DNA of 64,000 nt from a phage: sequence record NC_135728.1, one strand, 5' to 3'. Made by a program: the position numbers and the translations under genes. Every line of letters starts with the position of its first letter. Positions within the stretch are counted from its first letter, which is position 1. A model generated the notes under the pieces. That model was not told where the DNA came from and did not search any database. It worked only from the letters and a program-made list of their open reading frames with translations. Below, in pieces: positions 10,284-20,290 of this stretch.

Positions 10284-11000
10284 TTAGTTAACATCAATAG
10301 CACGACCAGACTGGTTGGCAATAGCCTCATCATTGGAGGTAGCAATAACACCAGAGTATTCGCGCTCATCTGGAGCAAGCGTCCAGGTATTGCGGTTAAT
10401 GGTTTGTTCTGCCTCAGTCATCAGCAGATCTTTATCCTGAGTCAACAGAGAGCCTACAGGGATCGGGTTTTCCATCTCAGGACCAGCATACTGGTTCCAC
10501 CATGTGGCATCTCCGGTTCTAGGCAATCTGAAGTTAATCAGGTAGTACAGTTTATTAGCCCACTTAATCCAACCTTCATCATCACAGAGAGAGGTTGTCC
10601 CAGAATCAGGCTGTGGGTAGGTAAACTGATCAAGACCTACGAAAGCCAGCCTTACAATCTCGTTCTCTTTGGTAACAACCTCAAAGAACGCTTGGTATGT
10701 TCTCGATCTTCGATCCATAGTAGACTGGAAGTTTATGATGTTTAGCACATCCGGCTCTTGTCTTGCCACTTCCATGATCTTGTTATCAAGAACAGTCTTC
10801 ATGACCTTCTTACTGAGAAAGTCCATATAAGGGAAGCCAAACAACTCGTCAAAGTACCAGCTCCCCTTCCACGTATTAAACCTCATCCACAAGCGCTGGC
10901 GCAGACTTACCTGGTTTGAATCTATCAACTCAAGACCTTTGTCTATCGCCAAATCGCCTGTCTGTGGGTCCATCAATATATCACTATAAAGCGTAGCCAT
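10284..11000 (-). CDS. baseplate protein (238 aa), putative
   Basis: ORF track; position between central spike and fibre genes. Confidence 0.4.
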   Translation of the reverse strand: MATLYSDILMDPQTGDLAIDKGLELIDSNQVSLRQRLWMRFNTWKGSWYFDELFGFPYMDFLSKKVMKTVLDNKIMEVARQEPDVLNIINFQSTMDRRSRTYQAFFEVVTKENEIVRLAFVGLDQFTYPQPDSGTTSLCDDEGWIKWANKLYYLINFRLPRTGDATWWNQYAGPEMENPIPVGSLLTQDKDLLMTEAEQTINRNTWTLAPDEREYSGVIATSNDEAIANQSGRAIDVN

Positions 11001-11012
11001 GAAAGCCCTCTA

Positions 11013-11690
11013 TTAGTGCGGTCCACTTGTCTCGCCATCAGGGCAAGAGTGGGTATGACCTTTATATTCTGCATAGAATGAATCCAAATCCACACCAGCA
11101 GCAGTTATAATTCTACCAGATGGGTCTATTGTGGCACCATTCATTCTGATATTTCCATCCACAGCAGCTCGCAAATTGGCAGCACCGTTAGTGAAAGAGA
11201 ACTCCCCGCTGCTGTCGCACCGTAATGTCCCACCAGGTGTTTGAAGCTCAAAATCGCCAGAAGGTGTCAGTTTAAAATAAACCCTATCATTCCATAACTC
11301 TACGTTATCAGGATCGATCTGTAAAGCGTTCGAGTCTGAATGAACAGAGGTGATTGCCCACCCAGGAAACAGGCCGTGAGTTTGTTGATCATCGTTATTG
11401 TTTTCATTTCTCTCTGAAAACTGCAATCCTACAACATCTCCAGCCTTAATAGGAAGTGTTAACCTTGCCTTTCCGCTGTTTGCAGACATCACCTGAATTG
11501 GAACGTCATAGATAAGAGGGTATCTCTCTACATCCCCGTCATCAAACGTAGTTTCAGCTATTGGCTGCACGGCTGCAGAAGGTATACTGTAGTCTACACT
11601 GACAACCCTGGCCCTGATACTGGTGTGGTAGTCCCTCATTATTTTTTCTATAAAAGATCTTACAGCAGCATCTTTCCTATTTATTGCCAT
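11013..11690 (-). CDS. baseplate central spike protein (gpV/gp5-like) with C-terminal HxH apex
   Basis: 225 aa; N-terminal OB-fold-like region (GDVVGLQFSERN); C-terminal GHTHSCPDGETSGP resembles metal-binding spike tips of P2 gpV-type spikes. Confidence 0.6.
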   Translation of the reverse strand: MAINRKDAAVRSFIEKIMRDYHTSIRARVVSVDYSIPSAAVQPIAETTFDDGDVERYPLIYDVPIQVMSANSGKARLTLPIKAGDVVGLQFSERNENNNDDQQTHGLFPGWAITSVHSDSNALQIDPDNVELWNDRVYFKLTPSGDFELQTPGGTLRCDSSGEFSFTNGAANLRAAVDGNIRMNGATIDPSGRIITAAGVDLDSFYAEYKGHTHSCPDGETSGPH

Positions 11691-12694
11691 TATACCTCCT
11701 CAGTTTTGTCAACAACTCCACCCACTGTTTCCCCAAGGCCAAGCTCTGTAGTGTAATCACCACCTTCTATGGTGCCCTTATGATGCACCGTGATCACCTT
11801 ATAGAAGCCTGTATATTGCTTGCTTTTAAGATAAATAGTGGACTCTGGGAGGATAGCTCCGTTAAGGCATGTGGTTACAGTAAGGCCAACATCCTCTCTC
11901 GGGTTTTTCTTTTTCTTTTTAGATGTCGAACCACCTTTGGCAGCAGCTTTAGCTCTTCGTTTTTTAGCAGGTTCTGGGTTTTTAGGAGTAGGAGATCCGT
12001 GCATCCCAGACTCTGCACTTATTTCAAACACAGAGTCCTTGAACCTTTTTCCAACCTTGGTCCAATACAAAGCCCCATCCTGAACGCTAAATGTTGAGTT
12101 GGTCAGCCTTGCAAACCTGCGGAGGTTCTCTGCAGTGTTTCCAGAGAAAGCCATAGAGTATTGCAAAGTCTGGTTTCCAAAACCAACAACCCTACCCTTT
12201 GGCAAGTTCATATCCTTCAGTAGGTCATTAAGCACAGAGTTCAGAGGTGTGCCTTTCTGATAAGATCTTGTGCTTTGGCACTTAATGATGTTCTCAGTGC
12301 CATCCCCAAAGATGAACTTAGTTTTTCTGGTCGGACCTTCCCATCTGTCTTCAACAAACTCCACAGTTCCGGAGAATATCAACTGGTTCTCATTATCATA
12401 GCCAGCTTCAAACATAACTGCAAGGGCATCAGCCTGATGCATATCCAAATAGTTAACTGTATCGTCAGACAGGTTGTAAACTGTCACATAACCTTTGTTT
12501 GGCTCTTTGGTATTGTCCTTTTGTATGTCAAACTCTATATTGGCAGCACCAGTGTCCGAGCTAACTTCATAAACTCCGGAATCACTCTCCCCTTTCTTTT
12601 CAACAGATTTTGGGATATTGGTTTTTGATTTGCCGCCATGTTCTACAGGACGACCAAACAATAATCGCCATGTTCTACGTCTGTACTCTGCCAT
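11690..12694 (-). CDS. baseplate protein (334 aa), putative
   Basis: ORF track; start-stop overlaps both neighbours; contains a basic tract AKKRRAKAAAKGGSTSKKKKKN. Confidence 0.4.
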   Translation of the reverse strand: MAEYRRRTWRLLFGRPVEHGGKSKTNIPKSVEKKGESDSGVYEVSSDTGAANIEFDIQKDNTKEPNKGYVTVYNLSDDTVNYLDMHQADALAVMFEAGYDNENQLIFSGTVEFVEDRWEGPTRKTKFIFGDGTENIIKCQSTRSYQKGTPLNSVLNDLLKDMNLPKGRVVGFGNQTLQYSMAFSGNTAENLRRFARLTNSTFSVQDGALYWTKVGKRFKDSVFEISAESGMHGSPTPKNPEPAKKRRAKAAAKGGSTSKKKKKNPREDVGLTVTTCLNGAILPESTIYLKSKQYTGFYKVITVHHKGTIEGGDYTTELGLGETVGGVVDKTEEV

Positions 12695-13074
12695 TATTCT
12701 AACCCTTGCTGTTCCTTGTAAAGATCAACCGGGGTGCCGTATACAAGCTGTAGCTCAGATCTCGCCCCAAGGTTATATCTTCCAACCCTGCCCCAATATT
12801 GATCGTCTTTAAACGACAGCGCCATCAGTCTACCTTTCGGTAAATCATCTCTGTAATGCAGTCCGTCTAAAATATCTTGACAAGCTGTTACTTTTCTGGT
12901 TACTAAAGGGCTGTCACCTACTGGACCAAGAGATAACCACCAGGACTCATCCCTCTCATTCCATTGCATACGCATTTCATACGTTTCATTGTCTAAAACA
13001 ACACGCATGGTTTGATCAGGAAAGCCATCAATGTCCCACACAAAAGTGATTACACACCAATCTTTAAGCTCCAT
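12694..13074 (-). CDS. hypothetical baseplate/tail protein (126 aa)
   Basis: ORF track; operon position. Confidence 0.4.
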   Translation of the reverse strand: MELKDWCVITFVWDIDGFPDQTMRVVLDNETYEMRMQWNERDESWWLSLGPVGDSPLVTRKVTACQDILDGLHYRDDLPKGRLMALSFKDDQYWGRVGRYNLGARSELQLVYGTPVDLYKEQQGLE

Positions 13075-13085
13075 TGCTGTTCCCC

Positions 13086-13997
13086 TTATTTTCCGTTAAC
13101 TTTGTCGTAGTTTCCCTGCTCTGACGGAACTATAGTGGAAGGTCTTCCATATTCCTGATAGTACCAATCGGCAGCGGACTGGGTAACACCGTTTTCATCT
13201 GTCCACATCATAGACTTGTATGGCTGCCACTCTTCTGCAGCATTTGTGGATGCAGTGTCTGCAAATGCCCCTGTATCTCTCTTGTTACCTACATTACTAC
13301 CATTCTTACAATCGTTGACAGCACCTTTTTGCTGGGTCTTCCCAACTTTTTTAGGATTGCTGTACACTGTTGCATTAACAACTTTGTTCAAGTAAAATGT
13401 GCGGAATTCTGTAAGTTCTACATCAAACACCATTGCAGCTCCTTCACCAACAGACTTGTTGGCAGAAAGGCTGGTTATGATATAGTTCTCAAGGAGTCTC
13501 TCCTCGGTAACCAAGGAAACCAACTGTCGCTTATTGATAATCTCAGTCAAAGCCTCCAATGCAGCTCCTGGTCTCATAGATGCTGCAGGGTTTTTAGAGT
13601 CAGTATTCCTATCAATGTAGTTTTGCTCATAAATTATATGTGGGGATGTATTTACCCTGCCAGTAAAAGAAAATACACCATCTTTAATTACAGCGTGGTC
13701 TGACATGGTAGATTTATCTTCCACTGCAAAACCAGTTTTATCAACAGAATGTTTGAAAGAATAGTTCTCAACCTGGTCGAAGATAATGGCAAGATCGTTA
13801 GTAAAGTTTTTACCCTTCATCTCCGTATTGCGACCACCATAGTTAAGACCGCTGACAAACATAGTGTACTTTACATCACCTTCAGTTTGCTGCTCAGCCT
13901 TTTCAGCCTTTGGAGACTTAACCTCTTGAGGCTTGTACAGATCTTTTTCATCAACTATATTATTTGGCATAACCTCTCCAGGACACTCCGATACCAT
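13086..13997 (-). CDS. hypothetical tail protein (303 aa), immediately downstream of tape measure
   Basis: ORF track; synteny with tail modules. Confidence 0.4.
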   Translation of the reverse strand: MVSECPGEVMPNNIVDEKDLYKPQEVKSPKAEKAEQQTEGDVKYTMFVSGLNYGGRNTEMKGKNFTNDLAIIFDQVENYSFKHSVDKTGFAVEDKSTMSDHAVIKDGVFSFTGRVNTSPHIIYEQNYIDRNTDSKNPAASMRPGAALEALTEIINKRQLVSLVTEERLLENYIITSLSANKSVGEGAAMVFDVELTEFRTFYLNKVVNATVYSNPKKVGKTQQKGAVNDCKNGSNVGNKRDTGAFADTASTNAAEEWQPYKSMMWTDENGVTQSAADWYYQEYGRPSTIVPSEQGNYDKVNGK

Positions 13998-14048
13998 TTA
14001 GATATTGTATCATAAAATAGCTGTTTTTACAACACCGATAAAAATAAA

Positions 14049-14066
14049 GGGGGCCGGAGCCCCCCC
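14049..14066 (-). terminator. GC hairpin (gggggccggagccccc) flanked by A/T runs, possible bidirectional terminator/attenuator
   Basis: Perfect 5-6 bp G/C stem between the tape-measure stop and the next gene start. Confidence 0.45.
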
Positions 14067-14074
14067 GCAGTTTA

Positions 14075-16414
14075 TTACCAAAGATCTGTTGACATAAAGT
14101 TAATATCTTTGCTATTCTCCCACTCAAGTTTTGCATCAAGTATTTTGCTAAACTCACCTTCATCTATAGAAATGGTGATTTTACCATCGCTGATCTCCAA
14201 AGGTAACATTTCCATGGTTCTCAGTTGAGAGGCAAAACCAGGGCCACCAGGTAGCGGAAGGGTTCCACCAGGTAAAGTGTCTAGAGGATTAACAAACCCG
14301 TTGCCACCCGATACTATATCTTTGCGGATCATGTCACTAATAGTATCCAGCTGTTGATTTCTCTCACTGAAAGGGTTGAAACGATCATTAACCATAGCCC
14401 CAGCACTCAATAATGTCCCAAGTATCCCCAACTTACCTAACATACCGGTACCTTTGATGCCTGGTGCTTTTATTCCACCACCTTTTCCTGCTGCGCCACC
14501 TACAGAACCCCCTGTGGTGATGGCACCAGCGCCAGCAGCTCCAGCTGCACCTTTCAGGGTGCTAAGGAACTTAAAAGTTTTTACAAGCATGGATGCCATG
14601 ACAAACCCTTTTGTAAGAGCGTGCACTACCAGCATAATGGCAGCAGCATACCCTGCCCATTTGGCAGTGCTGAAGGTGTCATGCAGCTCTTCGGAATACT
14701 CCTTCGTCTTAGCTGTTATGAACCCCCATTTGATGCCCCACTCAAGGAAAAACAGGCGGATCTTAACTATAGTGTTGTTTAGCTCACCAACAACCCAGTT
14801 AAGGCCTCTAATAAATCCGCTAACAAAATCACCTGAGGCATCCCACACAAATTGCAGAGTCTCACCTGTGCGGATCAAGGTGTAGTAGAACTCTGTCAAT
14901 TCATCTGCCCAACGGGTGAACAGTTTCTGACGAGACAGTTCTATGAAGGTTTTCAGTCTGTTTTCTGCCAGTACGTTAGACTTCTGCATTCTTTCATAAC
15001 CAGCTGCAGATGCCTCGTTCATGTACTTAGCCACATACTTCATGATCTTAGCTGTTTTAACCTCACCTTTCTTCATCATATCCATGAACTGATCCATGGA
15101 GAGTTCAGAAAGACCAAAAGCCTCTTTGGTGGCCTTGATAAAAGGTTCGTATGCACCAGGTAATGCTTCAGCAAGTTGTTGCTTCAGTTCTTCGGACATT
15201 ACTTGTCCCTTGCCTAGCATCTGTTGGATTGCCATGATACCACGCTGGTATTTTACCTCATCGGCACCATAAGCAGCAGCATACTGGGAGTATGCAGAGA
15301 ACAGCTCATGAACCTCCTGATTTGTCATCTGGTTTTTGGCGTTTACCGCCATCTGGGCGTAACCTTGAAGACCAGATTTGAGATCAAAACCAAGACGCAT
15401 AGCCTCTTGCTGGACAAACGCAACCTCACTGTTGGCTTTGTTTGGATCTCCAGTAACAGCAGTAAGAGCAGCACTTGCACCCTCCATCATGTGACCGGAT
15501 CTGTTAACAGCAGTAAATCCAGAAAAAGCCGTATACGCAGCTGTTGCATTAATAACAGATCTACGTAAGTCTCTCATGGCATCGCCTAGTGTAAGCGTTT
15601 GGTTGGTGGCGCTTTTAAACCCAGACTGCAGCGCTGACAGGTGGGCGTTAAAGGTTGACTTCTTCATCTCCCCGCGAGCAAACCTGGACTCTAACTCTGA
15701 GTATCCTGGCAAGCTTCCACGGAATCCGGCCCCATACTTGGCAGAAAGTCTTATCGCGGAGTTGTAGAGGTGGGTTCTCCTTGCCTCACGATCCGACATA
15801 AGCTTATTATCCATACCAGCTTTACTGTCTCTTCTTAGCTGTCTATGATAACGATTCATAGCGGCTGTCTGAGCTTTCACAAGGTTAGGGTCGGAAGCCA
15901 CACCACCCATATTAGGGTTACCGGGGATATATTTGAAAGATTTGGCATTAGCCAAAACTCTTGCCTTAGGTGCCTTATAACCACCGTAAGACACTGGTGC
16001 AGATTTGGCAGCCTTTTTGGCCTCTTTAGCTTGCTGCTGGTAGAACTTACGCATCCTAGCCATTTCTGGATTTTTAGCGGTAAGATTACCTACAGCTTGT
16101 TTACGTCTCGCATTCTCCCTACGTTCTATTGCAGCCCTTACTGCAGCCTCTTTCTTGGCCTGTGCTACGCTCTCTCTGTGCAGTTTAGCATTTGCCTGAG
16201 ATTGCTGTCTGGCAACCCTCTGCATTGTCTGCTGGGTTTTAACAGCTACCGCCTGCCATCTACTCATGGGGTTGGCTGAGTTAAAATCCTCGCCCAGTTT
16301 CCTGAACTCCCTCCCAATACTGCGAATTTTCTCTACAGCTTTTTTGTAGGAGGAGTTCTCTATCTCAAAGCCAATCTTGTTGACTGTTGTGGCAACTATT
16401 TTGTTTGTAGCCAT
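14075..16414 (-). CDS. tail tape measure protein (779 aa)
   Basis: Long, Ala/Lys/Gln-rich helical protein with a Gly-rich hydrophobic C-terminal segment; follows tube and chaperone genes. Confidence 0.8.
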   Translation of the reverse strand: MATNKIVATTVNKIGFEIENSSYKKAVEKIRSIGREFRKLGEDFNSANPMSRWQAVAVKTQQTMQRVARQQSQANAKLHRESVAQAKKEAAVRAAIERRENARRKQAVGNLTAKNPEMARMRKFYQQQAKEAKKAAKSAPVSYGGYKAPKARVLANAKSFKYIPGNPNMGGVASDPNLVKAQTAAMNRYHRQLRRDSKAGMDNKLMSDREARRTHLYNSAIRLSAKYGAGFRGSLPGYSELESRFARGEMKKSTFNAHLSALQSGFKSATNQTLTLGDAMRDLRRSVINATAAYTAFSGFTAVNRSGHMMEGASAALTAVTGDPNKANSEVAFVQQEAMRLGFDLKSGLQGYAQMAVNAKNQMTNQEVHELFSAYSQYAAAYGADEVKYQRGIMAIQQMLGKGQVMSEELKQQLAEALPGAYEPFIKATKEAFGLSELSMDQFMDMMKKGEVKTAKIMKYVAKYMNEASAAGYERMQKSNVLAENRLKTFIELSRQKLFTRWADELTEFYYTLIRTGETLQFVWDASGDFVSGFIRGLNWVVGELNNTIVKIRLFFLEWGIKWGFITAKTKEYSEELHDTFSTAKWAGYAAAIMLVVHALTKGFVMASMLVKTFKFLSTLKGAAGAAGAGAITTGGSVGGAAGKGGGIKAPGIKGTGMLGKLGILGTLLSAGAMVNDRFNPFSERNQQLDTISDMIRKDIVSGGNGFVNPLDTLPGGTLPLPGGPGFASQLRTMEMLPLEISDGKITISIDEGEFSKILDAKLEWENSKDINFMSTDLW

Positions 16415-16427
16415 GGTTTCCTCATAA

Positions 16428-16464
16428 TAAAAAGGGCCAGATCCCAGAAAAGGAATCCGGCCCT
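16428..16464 (-). terminator. rho-independent terminator (imperfect GC hairpin plus U-run on minus strand)
   Basis: agggccagatcc...ggaatccggccct hairpin preceded on plus strand by an A-run. Confidence 0.5.
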
Positions 16465-16468
16465 TAGA

Positions 16469-16717
16469 TTATCCTCTCCTGCGCTTAGCTTTCGCAGCAG
16501 CTGCGGCAGCCTTCTGCTCCCGCTCCATTTCCCTGTTTTGGACGGTATCTAGGAATTCTTCGATATCAAGATACTCACAGAGCTTCAGGAAATACGCCAT
16601 ATCTGCAAGATTTAGCGATTCAAAATTTTCCCCTTTGAAATTCTTGAGCACTCTGCACCAAAGAAAGTCGAACCAGTTGAGTGAACTGTTCTTGGCTGCC
16701 CACTCACTGGCCCTCAC
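16469..16717 (-). CDS. tail assembly chaperone, downstream frame (possible -1 frameshift extension of the 16729-17202 product)
   Basis: 82-aa ORF in the -1 frame relative to the upstream chaperone ORF, 12 nt after its stop; classic position between tube and tape-measure genes. Confidence 0.45.
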   Translation of the reverse strand: MRASEWAAKNSSLNWFDFLWCRVLKNFKGENFESLNLADMAYFLKLCEYLDIEEFLDTVQNREMEREQKAAAAAAKAKRRRG

Positions 16718-16728
16718 AACAACCTTGC

Positions 16729-17202
16729 TTATTCCTGCTCTTCCGGAGTCTGATCCAGGTTGTTCACCTGCTGAATCATACCCATCTGCTGTAACATCTC
16801 CAGAAGGCTTCCTAAACCGTCTTGTGTGAAAAAACAGCCGTAGTTAACCTCCAGAACCTTACCTGCCAGCTTAATCATCTCCAGCAGATGCCCTGCAAAC
16901 ACAACATCTGGGTTAAGCTTATCCACACCATCTACGGTAATATCTTCGAACAAGATTTTAAATAACTCTTCAATAGAGCTATCATCAAGTTCTTGGAACA
17001 GGTAAGCCAGGGCAGTAGGAAGGACCTCTGCCATATTCTGACCGCCTGAGATAATAGATCCACCGATAGCACCTAGCGGAACAGCCACAATCTTACCGAT
17101 TTTAGGCATGTTTTTCATTGCTTTCATCGGTCCCCAGTGGGTGATCACAAAGTTGTGCCCTGCTAAATCAATCTCTGTTGTAGGTCTAAAGTTTATAGCC
17201 AT
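16729..17202 (-). CDS. tail assembly chaperone (157 aa)
   Basis: Position between tube and tape-measure genes; acidic C-terminus. Confidence 0.5.
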   Translation of the reverse strand: MAINFRPTTEIDLAGHNFVITHWGPMKAMKNMPKIGKIVAVPLGAIGGSIISGGQNMAEVLPTALAYLFQELDDSSIEELFKILFEDITVDGVDKLNPDVVFAGHLLEMIKLAGKVLEVNYGCFFTQDGLGSLLEMLQQMGMIQQVNNLDQTPEEQE

Positions 17203-17313
17203 TTTATAGCATCCTTATTAGTCATGTTGTGCACCATATTTGTGTATTTTACCATGATTATGGTGCATTGTCAATTTAACCTTTCAAGCAATTCAAGAAC
17301 GTGTGTCAAAACC

Positions 17314-17348
17314 ATAAAAAGCAAAAAGCCCCACCCTAAGGTGAGGCT
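17314..17348 (-). terminator. rho-independent terminator after the tail tube gene
   Basis: gccccaccctaaggtgaggc hairpin followed on the minus strand by TTTTTGCTTTTT. Confidence 0.6.
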
Positions 17349-17365
17349 TATGCTAAAGTGTGCCC

Positions 17366-17839
17366 TTAGATAATACCTGCAAGACCTGCGAGGCCAGTGA
17401 GAGCACCAGTAATGTTATCACGGTTGAGCCATGCATCCAGAATACCGATATCCCAGTCCAGTTGACCTACTTCGGTTCCGTAAGTCAGGTCTGGTTGTTT
17501 CTGGATCCAACCGATTGTGGAAATACCAGGGCCCTGGCTACCTTCCAGCAGAACCGGGAAGAATACCAGGCCAGTAATCGATGCCTGTTTCTGCCAGTCA
17601 GAGAGGTAAGCGTTCCATACTGAAGTGTTCTGCAAAGACACAGTCATGACACCAGATTGGTTACGGGACAGAGCCGCAGACATTTCACCATCCACACCGA
17701 CGTGAGGATAAATGTTGTCTTCGTTTCTTGAAACAACAATCTTGGTGTCAGCAGCGAAGCCAGTGACACGCTGCTGCATCAGATACAGTTTGACCTTTTT
17801 AGGGTCATACGCATAAGGAGTTAAAATTTGAGTTTCCAT
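17366..17839 (-). CDS. tail tube protein (157 aa)
   Basis: Small protein directly downstream of the putative sheath gene; synteny. Confidence 0.55.
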   Translation of the reverse strand: METQILTPYAYDPKKVKLYLMQQRVTGFAADTKIVVSRNEDNIYPHVGVDGEMSAALSRNQSGVMTVSLQNTSVWNAYLSDWQKQASITGLVFFPVLLEGSQGPGISTIGWIQKQPDLTYGTEVGQLDWDIGILDAWLNRDNITGALTGLAGLAGII

Positions 17840-17849
17840 CTAGGCTTCC

Positions 17850-19226
17850 TTATTCAGTCATTGCAACAGCATTGGTGGATTTAGAACCAACTTTGTCCAG
17901 AAGGACGTTGATCCGGATACGAACGAAGTGCAGGGCGTTATTATACACCAGTTCTACTTTCACACCTTCCAGAACACGAGCAGCCAACTGATTGGTTGGG
18001 ATTTCTGCACGTTTAGGAACTGTGATGATCGGGTCGTAGAATACATTATTGTCTTCGTCGAAACCTGTCAGGATCGCACCATTCTTAATGCCAGTGTTGA
18101 TTGGGTTGTTCATCAGGACAGACTTGATAACCGGAAGATCATCATCAGACATCTTCATGCTCAGACCCATATTAGATCGGCGATGCATGTATCCAAACAT
18201 AGACTCTTCGGATCTGAATTTAATCCAGTGGGCGAAGCGGATAGCATCTGCATACTGACCAGAAGCACATTTACCTTCCCAGAAAGCACCAACACCGTTG
18301 ATTGTTCTGTAGAAGTTAATGTTGTTCTCCCAAATCGCCATGCGCTGGGTCAAGGTCAGGGATGGTGCAAGAACACCAGGCATCTGTTTTAAGTGTAAGC
18401 TGTCGCCGTAGGACGGATCGTTGGATGCCATAGCACCGATAATACCGCCCTCTGGGAAGTCTTTGTCGGCGCGAGGGTCGTACATACCAATACTGTCATA
18501 TTTTGCAGCTTTCAGTTTAGTGGCAATGTTGCTGTCTTTGCCAGTCACATCTTCTGCAGTAGAGTAGACATGCAGTTTGTAGTTAGCCTGAGCCCACTTA
18601 GCACATGCTTCAATATCTGTGTGGTCTTCATGGCACAAGAAGTACCAATTATCCTGCTCAGCGTTGATCTTGTCGATCACGGTAGAAGGTTTTTCACTAT
18701 TGGCAATGTTTTTGATCGTATAATTACCAGTATGATAACCAACAGTACAATCACCAGTGATGGTGATAACACCTTCGTCTGCCTGCACGGTGATACCGTC
18801 TAAGCTATCATCAGCCTCAATTTTTTCCTTCATTGCCTCTGCGATCTGAGTTGCCCCTGTTCCACCAGAGATAGGGACTATCAAGGCAGTATTGTAGTCA
18901 CCTTTTGCAATAGTCATTACGACATCGGTATCAGCTGCGGCAGCAATACCTTTAAAATCTACAGTGGTCTTTTCTTTGGCCTGTCTGCCGATCATAACGT
19001 ATTGTGGAGGGAATACACCACCAAAAGCTTTTGCTGCAAACTCATACGCTGCAGAGCCTTGTGCGAAACCATCTTCCACCATCTGATCCAGCTCCGCATA
19101 TACGCGAGCTCGCTCAGTAAAGTTATTGTGGATAGCGATGAACAGGGGAGTTTCGAAACCTACAGTGTCAATAGGCTGGGTTCCGAGGTTAACTGTAACA
19201 TCTACCACTTTATCTAAATATGGCAT
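17850..19226 (-). CDS. tail sheath protein (458 aa), putative
   Basis: Sheath/tube/chaperone/tape-measure gene order typical of contractile tails; size appropriate. Confidence 0.55.
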   Translation of the reverse strand: MPYLDKVVDVTVNLGTQPIDTVGFETPLFIAIHNNFTERARVYAELDQMVEDGFAQGSAAYEFAAKAFGGVFPPQYVMIGRQAKEKTTVDFKGIAAAADTDVVMTIAKGDYNTALIVPISGGTGATQIAEAMKEKIEADDSLDGITVQADEGVITITGDCTVGYHTGNYTIKNIANSEKPSTVIDKINAEQDNWYFLCHEDHTDIEACAKWAQANYKLHVYSTAEDVTGKDSNIATKLKAAKYDSIGMYDPRADKDFPEGGIIGAMASNDPSYGDSLHLKQMPGVLAPSLTLTQRMAIWENNINFYRTINGVGAFWEGKCASGQYADAIRFAHWIKFRSEESMFGYMHRRSNMGLSMKMSDDDLPVIKSVLMNNPINTGIKNGAILTGFDEDNNVFYDPIITVPKRAEIPTNQLAARVLEGVKVELVYNNALHFVRIRINVLLDKVGSKSTNAVAMTE

Positions 19227-19298
19227 TTGTTTCCTCTTAATATCTGTGCACGGATATCAAACACGCAGTGTAATCATTACACTACACAATTATAACGA

Positions 19299-19850
19299 TT
19301 ACTGACCACTGTCTGTAACCGCTTTACCAGAATTGGGTGAAGGGAAGTGTGTGGTTATTTCAGCCTTAATTCCCTGAAGATCCTCAAAAGCCCCAATGTC
19401 TGTTTCAACAAACCTTACGTTAAATGTCAGCATCACAGTGGCTCTATTTTCATACGTCTGCTTATTCAACGGCACTCTTTGAGGTGAGATTGTTGAATTG
19501 TTAGAGTAGGCAAAGCACGATCCCAGAGGGAAATACTTGTCATAAAACATTGGAAGGTTTATTGCTTGCAATACTCTGCTAAGTGCAGCATATGCCCTGC
19601 CACGATAAGCTGTTAATAGATAAGTAACAGTGTAGCTGTGGGTGACGTAAGCATTACCCTCCGCATCTTGAAATTCATTATCTTCCCAAGTGGTGGGATT
19701 GATCGCTAAGGTTTGTAAAAGTACAAACTCACCTTCCGGCTTCGGTATGGTAGAGCTTTCTGCCAGAACTACAGTTCTTCCTGTGGCAACCTTGACGAGC
19801 TTAGCAATGGTTGTTTCAAGATCAGAAAAAACTTTTTCGAAAGCTTCCAT
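19299..19850 (-). CDS. hypothetical neck/tail completion protein (183 aa)
   Basis: ORF track; start-stop overlap with upstream gene. Confidence 0.4.
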   Translation of the reverse strand: MEAFEKVFSDLETTIAKLVKVATGRTVVLAESSTIPKPEGEFVLLQTLAINPTTWEDNEFQDAEGNAYVTHSYTVTYLLTAYRGRAYAALSRVLQAINLPMFYDKYFPLGSCFAYSNNSTISPQRVPLNKQTYENRATVMLTFNVRFVETDIGAFEDLQGIKAEITTHFPSPNSGKAVTDSGQ

Positions 19851-20275
19851 CAGTTCTCTCCTTCAGGCTCTTCTACCACAAAAAATCTATATCTCCCGCC
19901 GCCGGAGGTAACATATGCATCGCATTTTAAAACGGTAAACCATTTCAAGTCACCACGGATGTCAGGCAGCTGAATTTGGTCAGCCATTGCATATGTTCCT
20001 TCGTCCGGACTATACAACTTGGTTGAGGAGTAAACTGTAAAAGCCTCGTACTGTCTGTCACCTTCAGGGTTTATTTGAGAGGAGTAATCTTTAGCTGCCC
20101 TTCCTGTCAACGGCTGCACAACACACTCTAAGACATCAAACTCTTCATACTCAAGCTCTAACCCCTCGTTGACAAAAGGACCGCCAACTGTTTTGTTATA
20201 CACTCTGTGGCGACCTTTGAATGTTTTACGAGGTATTAGTCTGTTATTTCCTATCAGCTTATAACCTGCTGCCAC
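19850..20275 (-). CDS. hypothetical head-tail joining protein (141 aa)
   Basis: ORF track; synteny. Confidence 0.4.
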   Translation of the reverse strand: MAAGYKLIGNNRLIPRKTFKGRHRVYNKTVGGPFVNEGLELEYEEFDVLECVVQPLTGRAAKDYSSQINPEGDRQYEAFTVYSSTKLYSPDEGTYAMADQIQLPDIRGDLKWFTVLKCDAYVTSGGGRYRFFVVEEPEGEN

Positions 20276-20290
20276 TCAACCCCCTTATTT

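Noticed and set aside
14376-16279. Several plus-strand ORFs (14376-14885, 14852-15163, 15224-15568, 15845-16279) inside the tape-measure region
   Set aside because: All antisense to the single 779-aa tape-measure ORF, which has a coherent helical/Gly-rich composition; the plus-strand ORFs are artefacts of the skewed codon composition.
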